64,000 bases of DNA from an uncultured Gammaproteobacteria bacterium (lineage in GTDB: Bacteria; Patescibacteriota; Microgenomatia; Levybacterales; GWA1-39-11). Positions 41,029 to 51,161 of the stretch are shown in pieces (the stretch's first letter is position 1; each line of letters opens with the position of its first letter). The stretch is taken from assembly GCA_964448725.1 (NCBI GenBank), contig CAYVAJ010000002.1:66587-130586 (forward strand), in the 5' to 3' direction. The notes beneath the pieces were generated by a model, which searched no databases, had not been told where the DNA came from, and worked only from the letters and a program-made list of their open reading frames with translations. Position numbers and translations under genes: made by a program.

Positions 41029-41832
41029 TCAGACATAAGGTAAAGAACCAAGAGAGGAATAATGCTCGTTAAGCTCGGAAAGCTTCTGCATATCATCATC
41101 ATCTATCTTAAAGTCAAAGACATTGATATTTTCTTCTAAATGTTCTATTTGATTCGCTTTTATAATTGGGACACTACCTATCTGTAAATTCCATCGGATT
41201 AAAATTTGTGCTGGTGATTTTTGATATTTTCCTGCAAGTTGAGTAAGCGTATCGTCATCAAGTCGTGTAGTTCTGGTTAATGGGCTATATGCCTGTATAA
41301 CAATGTTCTTTTCTCGACAGTAATGGATCATATCATCACTATAACCAAACGGACTCCACTCAATCTGATTAACTGTTGGAGTCTCACCACTGGCTTCAAT
41401 AAGCTCATCTATCAGTACAGTGGAGTAATTACTTACTCCAATATCCCGAGTATATCCTTCATTTTTTGCTTGAATTAATCCTTCCCATAATTCTATACCT
41501 GCTCCTGTTGGAGGAGGGCGATGGATGAGCATTAAATTAACGTACTCAAGACCTATTTCTTTTATATATGCTTTCGTTGCTTCATATGCATTATCGGTTT
41601 CTTCCACTTTTGTTACTACATAAATGCTTTCGCGATTAATAGTGCTATTTCTCATTGCCTCACCAATACTAGTTTGGGTGCCATAATCGCTCGAAGTATC
41701 AATAAGACGATAACCCAGTTCTAACGCATTGGTAACAGTATCTACAGTATTTGTTGAGAGTTGCCAAGTTCCTAAGCCAAGAACAGGCATAGTATTTCCT
41801 GTATGGAGTGATATAGTTGAATTTTTATCCAT
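41029..41832 (-). CDS. Aldo/keto reductase
   Basis: LGLGTWQ, IDT...Y, IGVSNY, AYSPL, AQILIRW. Confidence 0.92.
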   Translation of the reverse strand: MDKNSTISLHTGNTMPVLGLGTWQLSTNTVDTVTNALELGYRLIDTSSDYGTQTSIGEAMRNSTINRESIYVVTKVEETDNAYEATKAYIKEIGLEYVNLMLIHRPPPTGAGIELWEGLIQAKNEGYTRDIGVSNYSTVLIDELIEASGETPTVNQIEWSPFGYSDDMIHYCREKNIVIQAYSPLTRTTRLDDDTLTQLAGKYQKSPAQILIRWNLQIGSVPIIKANQIEHLEENINVFDFKIDDDDMQKLSELNEHYSSLGSLPYV

Positions 41833-41903
41833 ACATTTATGGTAAAGACAGCGCATAAATCCACTGTCTATGTGTAGTAAGAAAGCTGCAAGAGTGTACA
41901 GTA

Positions 41904-42443
41904 TTAAGCTTTTTGAAGTTTTCGTATAACTACCTGAATGATATTTGCGGTTAGCGCGTCATTAATTTCTCCTGTATCAATCATAGAGAGTGCTTCGGTA
42001 AAACTCACAAACTTTTGTTCAACTACAAGCTCGCTCGATTCTGATTTTTTTGTTGTTACGGTTGTTGATGGGATCTGGGTATAAAAGAGAGTAACACTTT
42101 CGGTATTGAAGCTATTAAGCGGATAAAATACTCCTATTTCTTCTAATTTCTCAACTGTTATTCCGGTCTCTTCATATAACTCTCTTATTGCTGCTTGTTC
42201 TGGAGTTTCACCCTCATCTATTCCGCCTCCAGGAACTTCCCAGCTATATTGGTCTATGACATATCGATATTCGTAATTAAGCAGGATTTTATTGTCAGTT
42301 GTTACAACAACAATACCGACACCATTCTTACGATTTACCCATGCGTAGGTTCCCGTTGATCCATCAGGAAATTCTATCTCGTCTTGATATAAAGTCAGCC
42401 ATTCATCCTTATACTTCTCTTTTTGCTTTATTCGTTTGAACAT
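41904..42443 (-). CDS. NUDIX hydrolase
   Basis: [22 protein letters not shown] Nudix box. Confidence 0.92.
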   Translation of the reverse strand: MFKRIKQKEKYKDEWLTLYQDEIEFPDGSTGTYAWVNRKNGVGIVVVTTDNKILLNYEYRYVIDQYSWEVPGGGIDEGETPEQAAIRELYEETGITVEKLEEIGVFYPLNSFNTESVTLFYTQIPSTTVTTKKSESSELVVEQKFVSFTEALSMIDTGEINDALTANIIQVVIRKLQKA

Positions 42444-42538
42444 AGTTGCAGTATACCTTATTCTGATAACTGATGGTAGGAGATAGCAAATCGTAAATGT
42501 TAGAATATTGAAACTAGAAAACTCGAGGTCTCATATTG

Positions 42539-43615
42539 TTATCCGTATTTTTTTTTAAATATTTCATATATTTCATTGGCTCTGTCTAAAGTAGTAGTTT
42601 TTTCAGTCCCTATATCAACTTCTCTTGTATATCTGATTATTCTTTGAAGGATTTCATGTCTACATGCTTGAATAATTGCGTCTTCATTAGTAATTCCATC
42701 CATTACTTTATTTACTGACATTGCGGTAGGATTATTCATGGCATCTACTGGATTATTTTCCTTTTTGCCATATATTTCAAATATCTTTTTTAGCAAATTA
42801 TAATTTTCAATATCTTTATCATACGTTGTCATACTTTTTGCTTCTGAACTCAGTGAGACTACGCGGTTTTGTAAATCAGCCGTTGCAGCCTCAAATGCGA
42901 GATTGAGTGCATGATCTGGTTCAGCTTCAAAAACTGGGAAAGTTTCAAACTTTATAAAATTCGGATTGTGACCGTTACGTAATGCGTGATATATCTCCGA
43001 GAGTAAAAAACCAAATTTTCCACTTCCACCTCCAGGACTGAATGCAATAAGATGATTATTTACTTCATGAACAACATCATTTCTACTAAAAATACTTTCT
43101 GCGTTCTCAAGTATGGAGGTATCAGGGTACTGAGGAATTTCAAAATGGCTATGCATATATACTCCCTCTTTAAATAAATTTTCTCGGAAGTGATCCAACA
43201 TACGTTTATCTGTTTCAGAAGGGTTAACAGGTGAAACGCTAACAACAACATCTTTAATATCAAATTCTAATTCTCTAGCTTTATGAATAAGTCGTATGGT
43301 CTCAAAATCATACCTGAGTTGTGAGTCACCTCTAAAACGCCCGTTCAATGTCCTCCCATATGGAGGAGGAAGTATATCTCGTGCATTAACAACCATTACG
43401 ATTTTCCCTACTGGTAACAATTCTGCAAGTAATTGTGCTTTACAATCAGGTTCATATCCTGGCAGTACTCTTTCTGCATGATGGTCTTCGAAAGGTTTGC
43501 CACCAAATTCCATAAATACTTGATCTCTATTAAACTGGTTTATTCTTTCTCGAATAGAAGAAGATTGGAATTCGATGTATTTTTTAGTATCAAAACCAAT
43601 TTCTTTGGTAGTCAT
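42539..43615 (-). CDS. DUF1846-like P-loop protein
   Basis: GFD..KY...QS..I.ERI, EFGGK..D.HA.RVLPGY, PGGGSGK, KFETFP, AATAD. Confidence 0.75.
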   Translation of the reverse strand: MTTKEIGFDTKKYIEFQSSSIRERINQFNRDQVFMEFGGKPFEDHHAERVLPGYEPDCKAQLLAELLPVGKIVMVVNARDILPPPYGRTLNGRFRGDSQLRYDFETIRLIHKARELEFDIKDVVVSVSPVNPSETDKRMLDHFRENLFKEGVYMHSHFEIPQYPDTSILENAESIFSRNDVVHEVNNHLIAFSPGGGSGKFGFLLSEIYHALRNGHNPNFIKFETFPVFEAEPDHALNLAFEAATADLQNRVVSLSSEAKSMTTYDKDIENYNLLKKIFEIYGKKENNPVDAMNNPTAMSVNKVMDGITNEDAIIQACRHEILQRIIRYTREVDIGTEKTTTLDRANEIYEIFKKKYG

Positions 43616-43618
43616 AAA

Positions 43619-44257
43619 TTATTGATCTTTGATATGATGAAAAGATAATAAATGGTCAATAATCTCATAAGCGATTTGTTGAGGGTTTAAATAGGTTGTA
43701 TCAAGTTGGATAGCCTTTCCAATTTTTCGTAACTCAGATGAATGTTCCAGTAAGAAATTTTCAAAAAAATCTAATCTACTGCCTGTATTGCGTATTTCTT
43801 TGTCTTTCCAATCTATTTCTTCTCGTTGTTTTATTCTTTCTTGACGTACCTCTTCATCGATGGTAAGTATTACTCTTAAGTCAGGTTGAACAATTGGAAA
43901 TAATTGAGAAATTTGTACAACATTTTTTACACCTAGGTGGGCATGGTGTGCCAACACATCGTCAATATAACGACTCTTTACTACAGAATATCCTAACTGT
44001 AAAAGCTCTTCTATTCTTTCACTATGAAATACATTTGATCCTAAGTAAAATGCGAGCTGAGACGTTGGAGATGTTTCTGTTAATACTCTTTTTTTTAAGG
44101 AAGAAAAAGGGTTGTCTATCTGTTCAGTTTCATAAATATCATAGTTTATATTATTAAGACCAATTTGTGTTAATTCTTGAGAGAGCACGTTTGAGGTGGT
44201 TGTTTTTCCAGTACCATCTATCCCATGGACAGTTATAAAAACTGGTTTCTCTTTCAT
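43619..44257 (-). CDS. Thymidylate kinase-like protein
   Basis: FITVHGIDGTGKTT, SRY, PDL. Confidence 0.75.
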   Translation of the reverse strand: MKEKPVFITVHGIDGTGKTTTSNVLSQELTQIGLNNINYDIYETEQIDNPFSSLKKRVLTETSPTSQLAFYLGSNVFHSERIEELLQLGYSVVKSRYIDDVLAHHAHLGVKNVVQISQLFPIVQPDLRVILTIDEEVRQERIKQREEIDWKDKEIRNTGSRLDFFENFLLEHSSELRKIGKAIQLDTTYLNPQQIAYEIIDHLLSFHHIKDQ

Positions 44258-44817
44258 AAAAAGTTTGATACCTCTTGATACACTTTGTTTATTGTTTCAT
44301 ATCGTTTTGTAATACGGTCTTTATACTCGGGAAATAGTATTTTTTTATATCCTTTTTCAAGATATTTTTGACCCCATGCAAGTTTTTCAGTGTATGTTTG
44401 CTTTTTACATAGAAGCATAAATGCTTCATGGTATACGACTTTAGAGGCAGCATCTGCTGTAATAACAATTTTTTCTTCGAGTGAATATTCAGGCAATATT
44501 TTATTGTGGTTTTTTACACAAGCAACTATTATTGATTTTTCATTTTTGGATATAGGCAGGTTCTCTAAGATTTTAGTTGATATTCTTGCACCTGCGTCAG
44601 CATGATCTTCTTCTCCTTCTTCATGATCGCGCCCTATGTCATGGAGTAGGCAACTCAATTCTATTACTCTACTATCTACATTATGAGTTCGAGATAATTT
44701 CAATCCAAGTTTTACTACAAACTGAATATGACAGTAATATTCTTTCTCTTTTTCGTTGAGTAGCCTTTGAATGATTTCCTTCTTTGCATTATTAAATTGA
44801 GATGTATTCATATGCAA
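44254..44817 (-). CDS. HD domain phosphohydrolase
   Basis: H...LLHDIG...H...HN...AD. Confidence 0.85.
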   Translation of the reverse strand: MHMNTSQFNNAKKEIIQRLLNEKEKEYYCHIQFVVKLGLKLSRTHNVDSRVIELSCLLHDIGRDHEEGEEDHADAGARISTKILENLPISKNEKSIIVACVKNHNKILPEYSLEEKIVITADAASKVVYHEAFMLLCKKQTYTEKLAWGQKYLEKGYKKILFPEYKDRITKRYETINKVYQEVSNFL

Positions 44818-44909
44818 TAGATGTTTGGAGTGATTATATTGCGATTAAAATTAAAAAACAAGGTACAATCGATTATCTGTATGGTTGGGTTTTATAATTG
44901 CTGTTGTAA

Positions 44910-45281
44910 TTATTTGGATAATGACGAAATATTTTTTTTCACAATTTCTACTAGTTCACTTGTCTCAAAAGGTTTTGCGATAAAATCATTCGCTTCAGAT
45001 TGTAGTGCATCAAGTTTAGCAGAAGGGTGTGCAGACATGAGCACAATGGGAATATGTTTTGTGCTTTCTTGACTCTTCAGAATTTTACAAATTGTTCTTC
45101 CGTCATTTCCTGATAAGAGAATATCTAATAGGATAAGATCAGGTTTAAATGTGTCTATATTTTTATATGCCTCATCTCCTTTTTCAGTTGTACAAATTAC
45201 ATATCCTTCAGCTTCTAAAATCAAAGAAATTGGTTCTAATATATCGTGGTCGTCATCAATAATGAGTATTCTCTTTTTCAT
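44910..45281 (-). CDS. Single-domain response regulator
   Basis: IIDDD, LLD, KPF. Confidence 0.93.
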   Translation of the reverse strand: MKKRILIIDDDHDILEPISLILEAEGYVICTTEKGDEAYKNIDTFKPDLILLDILLSGNDGRTICKILKSQESTKHIPIVLMSAHPSAKLDALQSEANDFIAKPFETSELVEIVKKNISSLSK

Positions 45282-45291
45282 CGGTATGTTC

Positions 45292-47157
45292 TTAAGGGTT
45301 TATAGGCAGGCTGAAATAGAATGTTGATCCTTTCCCTTTTTTACTTGTTAACCATATTTTTCCTCCGTGTCTTTCAACAATATCTTTTGATATGAATAAC
45401 CCTAATCCAAGACCTGGAAATGTTTTCTCAGTGGGGTCTGATACTTGGTAAAGGCGATCAAATATTTTAGTCTGCTTTTCTTTTGCAATGCCAATTCCAT
45501 AATCTTTGATACCTACAATTACCTGACTATCATTTTTTTCCAGTGTGATTTTGATTTTTTTATTGTTAGGAGAATACTTAATAGCATTAGTTATAAGATT
45601 AACAAGTACTTGATACACTCGATACCTATCTGCTGATACAAAAATCTTTTTTCTATCTTGTATAAGTAGGGTATGGTTTGTTGTTGCCTGTAATCCTTCT
45701 ACTGTATCTTGCACTAATTCATGTAAATCGAAGAGCTCTTTATGAAGCTGTAATTTTCCTGTTTCAATACGTGAAACATCAAGGAGATCATTTGTGAGTT
45801 CTGTTAAACGATATGTCTGATCTTTAATTCTTTTCGTAAAGTATAATGGTTTCTCTTGTTTTTCTTTCTGTAATTCTTTGTACAAAAGGTCTACGAACAT
45901 TTTCATACTCGTAATTGGTGTCTTGAGTTCGTGTGAAGCCATACTTAAGAAATCACTTTTTTCTTGTTCAAGTTGCTTGTGCTGTGTAATATCAGTTGTT
46001 GCTCCAAGCATCCTTGTTGGTTTTCCATTTTTGTCATACGTAACGACTGCTTGGGTTTCGACCCAGCGTACGGTTCCACTTGGAGGAACAATTCTAAACT
46101 CAATATAAAATTGGGTTTTATTTTGTAAACTTTTTTCTATTTCTTGTAAAACTCTTGCTCTATCATCAGGATGAATAAGTTGCTTAAAATTATCGAATGT
46201 TACGATAAAATCTTTTTTACTGACATCATGAATGGTATATACATTATCTGTCCATGTTAATGTATTGTTATCTATTTCCCAATCCCAAACTCCAATTTTA
46301 CCTGCATCAAGCGCTATTTTTAGTCGTTCCTCGTTTTGTCGAATTAATTCTTCTGACTTTTTCTGATTCGTTATATCGCGTGCTATTTTTGAGGCTCCAA
46401 TGATTGCGCCATTTTTTCCTTTTATGGGGGATATACTGAGCGAAACATCTATTAATTGTTTGTGTTTCGTTATTCGTACGGTATGAAAATGATGTATTCG
46501 TTTTCCTTTTTTTAATTTATTAATAATATCTTCTTCTTCTTTTCTCCGCTCAGGTGGAATGATAAGTGTGATTTTTTCCCCAAGTGCTTCTTTGGCTGTA
46601 TACCCAAATAATTTTTCAGCACTTTTATTCCAGCTAGTAATATTTCCATCTAAAGTTTTACTGATAATTGCATCATCAGATGACGCAACGATTGCTGCGA
46701 GTCGGGCATTGATTTCATCTGCTTCCATTCGTTCAGTTATGTCTTCGTGTTGAAGTACGACATATGCAAGATTTCTTTTTTGATCACGGATAGGATACAT
46801 ATGTCCAGAAATCCAGCGGTATGGGACCTGTCCATTTATTTGCACTGTTTTAGAAGGATCATATCGGATAGGGGGAAGATAAACAATTTTTCCGTTAAAT
46901 CCACGTTTTATATAGTGCATTGATCCAGATGCAATTAATTGCTTGTCTTTGAGAATATTATATGACCCTACGTGCTTGTATTTAACATTCCACAGTTTTT
47001 CCCATGCTTTATTGACAAAAATTATTTCTCCGTCTGGGGTAAAAATTTGAGTACTTATCGGATTTTGATCAAAAATGGTTTTAAAAAGCTTGATTCCTCC
47101 CTCTTCGATGGTCAGATTTATCATAATAAACCAATAAAGTATACCATAGATATACAA
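45292..47157 (-). CDS. Multi-PAS sensor histidine kinase
   Basis: PAS repeats, SHELKTPITS, NAIKYS, GLGLGL; exact start uncertain. Confidence 0.92.
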   Translation of the reverse strand: MYIYGILYWFIMINLTIEEGGIKLFKTIFDQNPISTQIFTPDGEIIFVNKAWEKLWNVKYKHVGSYNILKDKQLIASGSMHYIKRGFNGKIVYLPPIRYDPSKTVQINGQVPYRWISGHMYPIRDQKRNLAYVVLQHEDITERMEADEINARLAAIVASSDDAIISKTLDGNITSWNKSAEKLFGYTAKEALGEKITLIIPPERRKEEEDIINKLKKGKRIHHFHTVRITKHKQLIDVSLSISPIKGKNGAIIGASKIARDITNQKKSEELIRQNEERLKIALDAGKIGVWDWEIDNNTLTWTDNVYTIHDVSKKDFIVTFDNFKQLIHPDDRARVLQEIEKSLQNKTQFYIEFRIVPPSGTVRWVETQAVVTYDKNGKPTRMLGATTDITQHKQLEQEKSDFLSMASHELKTPITSMKMFVDLLYKELQKEKQEKPLYFTKRIKDQTYRLTELTNDLLDVSRIETGKLQLHKELFDLHELVQDTVEGLQATTNHTLLIQDRKKIFVSADRYRVYQVLVNLITNAIKYSPNNKKIKITLEKNDSQVIVGIKDYGIGIAKEKQTKIFDRLYQVSDPTEKTFPGLGLGLFISKDIVERHGGKIWLTSKKGKGSTFYFSLPINP

Positions 47158-47250
47158 CTGACAATTTTGTGTGTCTCATTATACTCTTACAGACCTATAG
47201 AGTATTTTTAATACGATTTTACGAAAATATTGTTACTGGAGGTGGTAATT

Positions 47251-47463
47251 GTGAATGATATACAAAATGCAGTAACACATTTAAGAGAGCATCAAGAGTA
47301 TCCTGCGACAAAACAGGAGTTAGTAGAATCATGCAATAATCTATCAGATTTTTCTGAAGATGATAAAAAATGGTTTGAATCTAATTTGCCAGAGGGTACC
47401 TATAACTCAGCAGATGAGGTCATGCGTGCGCTCAATATAATGCAGGGAGAAATGGCTGCCTGA
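47251..47463 (+). CDS. Small protein, DUF2795-like
   Basis: YPATKQELV...LPEGTYNSADEV; SD GGAGGT before GTG. Confidence 0.65.
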   Translation: MNDIQNAVTHLREHQEYPATKQELVESCNNLSDFSEDDKKWFESNLPEGTYNSADEVMRALNIMQGEMAA

Positions 47464-47468
47464 GTACT

Positions 47469-48038
47469 CTATGACTGTACTTCTTTGAGTAGTTCTTCAG
47501 TTAATTGCAGTGGAAGTCCGGTTATACTATTGATATCTCCTTCAATATAATCGATGTATGGTTGGAGCAGCGGGTGCTCAACGATAAATCCACCTGCTGT
47601 ATGCATAACCAGACCTTCTTGTACGACTGTATCAATAACTGAGGAAGGAATTTTTTTAAAATAGGCGAGTGCTGTATCTACTGCCTCTGCTTGTTTCCCG
47701 GTGACAGTATTTGTCACCACAATTGCTGTATGTGTCTGAGCAGGGTACTGATAGTAACTTTCTAAGTACTGTATTGCTTGTTGGGTACTTTCTGGTTTTT
47801 CACGCAGCTCACCGTTATACAGTACTACTTGATCAGAAGTGATAAGAAGAGCAGGTTCATGAATTTTGGGAATAAGTGCATCTGCTTTTGCTCGTGCAAT
47901 TAGGAGTGGGAGTTGTTCAAAATCATCTGATCGTATAGCTTTTTCATCAATATCAGCAATAAGTACATCAAATGTATATCCTGCATCTTCGAGCACTTTT
48001 TTCCGCCCAAACGATTGTGACCCAAGAATTATCTTCAT
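47469..48038 (-). CDS. maf: Maf-like nucleotide pyrophosphatase
   Basis: IILGSQS..RK, DEK, SDQV, EKP, AGG, GLP. Confidence 0.9.
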   Translation of the reverse strand: MKIILGSQSFGRKKVLEDAGYTFDVLIADIDEKAIRSDDFEQLPLLIARAKADALIPKIHEPALLITSDQVVLYNGELREKPESTQQAIQYLESYYQYPAQTHTAIVVTNTVTGKQAEAVDTALAYFKKIPSSVIDTVVQEGLVMHTAGGFIVEHPLLQPYIDYIEGDINSITGLPLQLTEELLKEVQS

Positions 48039-48104
48039 AGAAAAAGTATACCACCCTCTTTACATTTCTTCATTTTTTTGCAATGATGCAATAGATTGAT
48101 CTCT

Positions 48105-49082
48105 ATGTCAAAAGAGACGCAGCAAGCATTCATATTCCCCGGACAAGGAAGCCAAAAAGTTGGTATGGGGGAAGGTCTCCTCAAACATCCGTATCCTGAT
48201 CTTGCGCAAATTGCTCAGCGAACATATGAAGAAGCACAGGATGTATTAGAGATGGATTTTGCAGAAATCTGCCAAAACGATCCAGAAAATCAACTTGACT
48301 CCACACGTATAACTCAGCCAGCTCTTCTCGTAACAAGTATTGCAGCATTTCGTATGCTTAATCATCTTGACTATAAACCAGATGTAGTTGCTGGTCATAG
48401 TATGGGTGAGTACTCAGCAGTAGTTGCTGCAGAGGCATTGAGTTTTGAGCAAGCATTACGACTAGTGAAAGCACGGGGAGAATTTATGGAAGAGGCAGGA
48501 GAGATAAATCCTGGTAAAATGGCAGCTATTCTTAGATTACCAGTTGAACAAGTGGCACAGATATGTGAAGAGTCAGGGGCGCAATTAGCGAATATAAATT
48601 CTGAGCAGCAAATTGTTATTTCTGGAAGTAATGAAACAGTAACCTATGCAAGTAGATTAGCTGCAGATAAAAAAGGAAAAGTAATTGGATTGAATGTAAG
48701 CATAGCCGCACACTCAAGCCTCATGGAGCCAGCACAACAACAGATGGAGATGTTGCTCTCAACACTTGATGTTGCTGATCCTACAGTTCCATTTGTTGCA
48801 AATGTGCATGGAAATTATATGCATACCGCAGATGAAGTACGGCGAGGATTGGTTAATCAGATGACCGGAAGCGTATTGTGGCTTGATAGTGTAAAACGTA
48901 TGATAGGTGATGGAGTCGGGTCTTTTATAGAAGTAGGTCCTGGAGAAGTACTTTCTAACATAATAAAACGAATTGATAAAACAGTCGACACACAAAATTC
49001 AGATACTATTTTGTCAAAAATAGTACCAGGAAAATCAGAAGAAGTGATCCTTATTGAAAACACCTCAGCTGATAATAGGTAA
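48105..49082 (+). CDS. fabD: Malonyl-CoA:ACP transacylase
   Basis: FPGQGSQ, TQPA, GHSMGE, AAHS, EVGPG. Confidence 0.92.
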   Translation: MSKETQQAFIFPGQGSQKVGMGEGLLKHPYPDLAQIAQRTYEEAQDVLEMDFAEICQNDPENQLDSTRITQPALLVTSIAAFRMLNHLDYKPDVVAGHSMGEYSAVVAAEALSFEQALRLVKARGEFMEEAGEINPGKMAAILRLPVEQVAQICEESGAQLANINSEQQIVISGSNETVTYASRLAADKKGKVIGLNVSIAAHSSLMEPAQQQMEMLLSTLDVADPTVPFVANVHGNYMHTADEVRRGLVNQMTGSVLWLDSVKRMIGDGVGSFIEVGPGEVLSNIIKRIDKTVDTQNSDTILSKIVPGKSEEVILIENTSADNR

Positions 49083-49131
49083 TTTGCTGGATTTTTATCT
49101 CATCACTAATTTTGTATAATAAACCGAGTAT

Positions 49132-49884
49132 ATGCGAAAAAAGTTCCTCTCCGTTATTATCCCATCATATAATGAAATGGCAAACTTGCAAAAAGGTACC
49201 CTTGATAAGGTGCAGCGATACCTTGATTCACAGTCCTATGGATATGAAGTTATTGTGGTAGATGATGGTTCAAATGATGGGAGTAAAGAATTTGTCAAAA
49301 AGTTCGTGAAGGACAATACAAAATTTCGTCTGATTGAAAATCACCATACTGGTAAAGCAGGTGCTGTTACTGCAGGAATGTTGTCCGCAGATGGTGAGTA
49401 TGTATTATTTACTGATATGGATCAGGCAACTCCAATCGAGGAAATTGAAAAAATGATTCCGTTTCTAAAAAAAGGATTTGATGTAGTGATCGGGTCACGA
49501 AAAGAACGCAAGGGAGCTCCCTTTTCCCGCAAAATTATGTCTCAAAGCGCAATATTACTGCGTAAAACAATAGTAGGACTATCTGAGATACAAGATACTC
49601 AGTGTGGTTTTAAGGTATTTAGTCATGCTGCAGCACAGGATATTTTTAAAAAGATTAAAAAAATTCATGACGGATTTAAAGAAATCAAAGGTTCAGCAGT
49701 TACCTCAGGTTTTGATGTAGAAGTGCTCTATCTCGCTCAACAGGCTAATTACTCAATAAAAGAAGTGCCTGTTCGCTGGCTATATGTAGAGACTCGACGG
49801 GTTAATCCAATTAACGACTCAATCAACGGAGTAAAAGACCTGTTTAAAATTAGATACAATATTAGTAAAGGAATATATAAATAA
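49132..49884 (+). CDS. GT2 polyprenol-phosphate glycosyltransferase
   Basis: VDDGS, FTDMD, DTQCGFK, FDVE. Confidence 0.88.
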   Translation: MRKKFLSVIIPSYNEMANLQKGTLDKVQRYLDSQSYGYEVIVVDDGSNDGSKEFVKKFVKDNTKFRLIENHHTGKAGAVTAGMLSADGEYVLFTDMDQATPIEEIEKMIPFLKKGFDVVIGSRKERKGAPFSRKIMSQSAILLRKTIVGLSEIQDTQCGFKVFSHAAAQDIFKKIKKIHDGFKEIKGSAVTSGFDVEVLYLAQQANYSIKEVPVRWLYVETRRVNPINDSINGVKDLFKIRYNISKGIYK

Positions 49885-49984
49885 ATAAGGTAAATGTTTA
49901 AAATTAAAAATCAAAATTACTGCAAATTATCAATAAAAAGTAATCAATAATAAATAACTCAACAACTATGAACTTATTCATATT

Positions 49985-51154
49985 ATGATCACCAGACTAT
50001 TGCTTCCCGCATGGATATTTGCCGCTGGACTTCTTGTGCTTTACTCTTTTACTCAAGTAAGTTTGAGTCTTACTCTCACACAGGTTTCTATATGGCAGGA
50101 GATTCAGCAGGCATTTCAGTATATTGGATATTTTAATAGACCATTATCAGTATTTCTGTATGTAGCATTACTTGCATTGCTGTTTTTACTCTATGTTTTG
50201 ACACTGCGAGTTATCAAAGCAAAACAGCTCTCAGTAAAGCACGTTACTAGAATTATTGTGGCAGTAAGTGTGATTGTTTTTGTGTCATATAATGCGTTTT
50301 CATTTGATATTTTTAATTATATATTTGATGCAAAAATAGTTACCGAGTATGGCGATAACCCATATGCTAAGAAAGCCTTAGATTATCCTGGTGATCCCAT
50401 GCTTTCTTTTATGCAGTGGACTCATCGCACGTATCCGTATGGTCCTCTATGGCTTGGGATAACTATTCCCGTATCGTATCTTGGTTTTCAATACTTTCTG
50501 CCAACCTATTATTTATTTAAATTACTTGCAGTTGGAGCATATCTTGGTACTGCATGGGGTATTTATAAAATTGTTTCCTTACATACCAAGAAAAATGCAT
50601 TGTATGCAGCTGCTTTTTTTGCATTGAATCCGCTCATGATAATTGAGTTTCTCGTTTCAGCACACAATGATATTGTGATGCTGTTTTTAGCTGTTCTTGG
50701 AATATATGCACTGCTCAATAAAAAGAAAGTCGTTTCTGCAGTACTGTTAATACTTTCATCAGGAGTAAAATATGCGACAGGGTTCCTTGCTCCAATGATT
50801 CTTTATCTTTTGATACGACCAAGACAATGGGAAAAAGCAGTTGGAATAGGAATAGTTTCTATGATTGCAGCTGTGATTGCTGCATCACTGAAAAGCGGTA
50901 ATTTTCAACCATGGTACTTATCATATATTTTTGTCATTGCATCGTTCATCTCGTTCCGTTCATATATTGCAGTGCCATTAGGATTACTCTCGTTTTTTGC
51001 GTGCTTACATTACGTGCCATATTTATATACTGGCACATGGGATGCGCCAATTCCTTTTCTTTTATCTACTGGTCTGTGGCTTGCAATAGGAGTTTCATTT
51101 ATTGCTTTTATGTATTATTTTTTTCTTCCTATCGTGAAACGAAGTGAGGTATAA
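49985..51154 (+). CDS. GT-C membrane glycosyltransferase (MptA/B-like)
   Basis: D...Y, NPY, YPYGPLW, NP, AHND, QPWY. Confidence 0.75.
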   Translation: MITRLLLPAWIFAAGLLVLYSFTQVSLSLTLTQVSIWQEIQQAFQYIGYFNRPLSVFLYVALLALLFLLYVLTLRVIKAKQLSVKHVTRIIVAVSVIVFVSYNAFSFDIFNYIFDAKIVTEYGDNPYAKKALDYPGDPMLSFMQWTHRTYPYGPLWLGITIPVSYLGFQYFLPTYYLFKLLAVGAYLGTAWGIYKIVSLHTKKNALYAAAFFALNPLMIIEFLVSAHNDIVMLFLAVLGIYALLNKKKVVSAVLLILSSGVKYATGFLAPMILYLLIRPRQWEKAVGIGIVSMIAAVIAASLKSGNFQPWYLSYIFVIASFISFRSYIAVPLGLLSFFACLHYVPYLYTGTWDAPIPFLLSTGLWLAIGVSFIAFMYYFFLPIVKRSEV

Positions 51155-51161
51155 TGTATTC

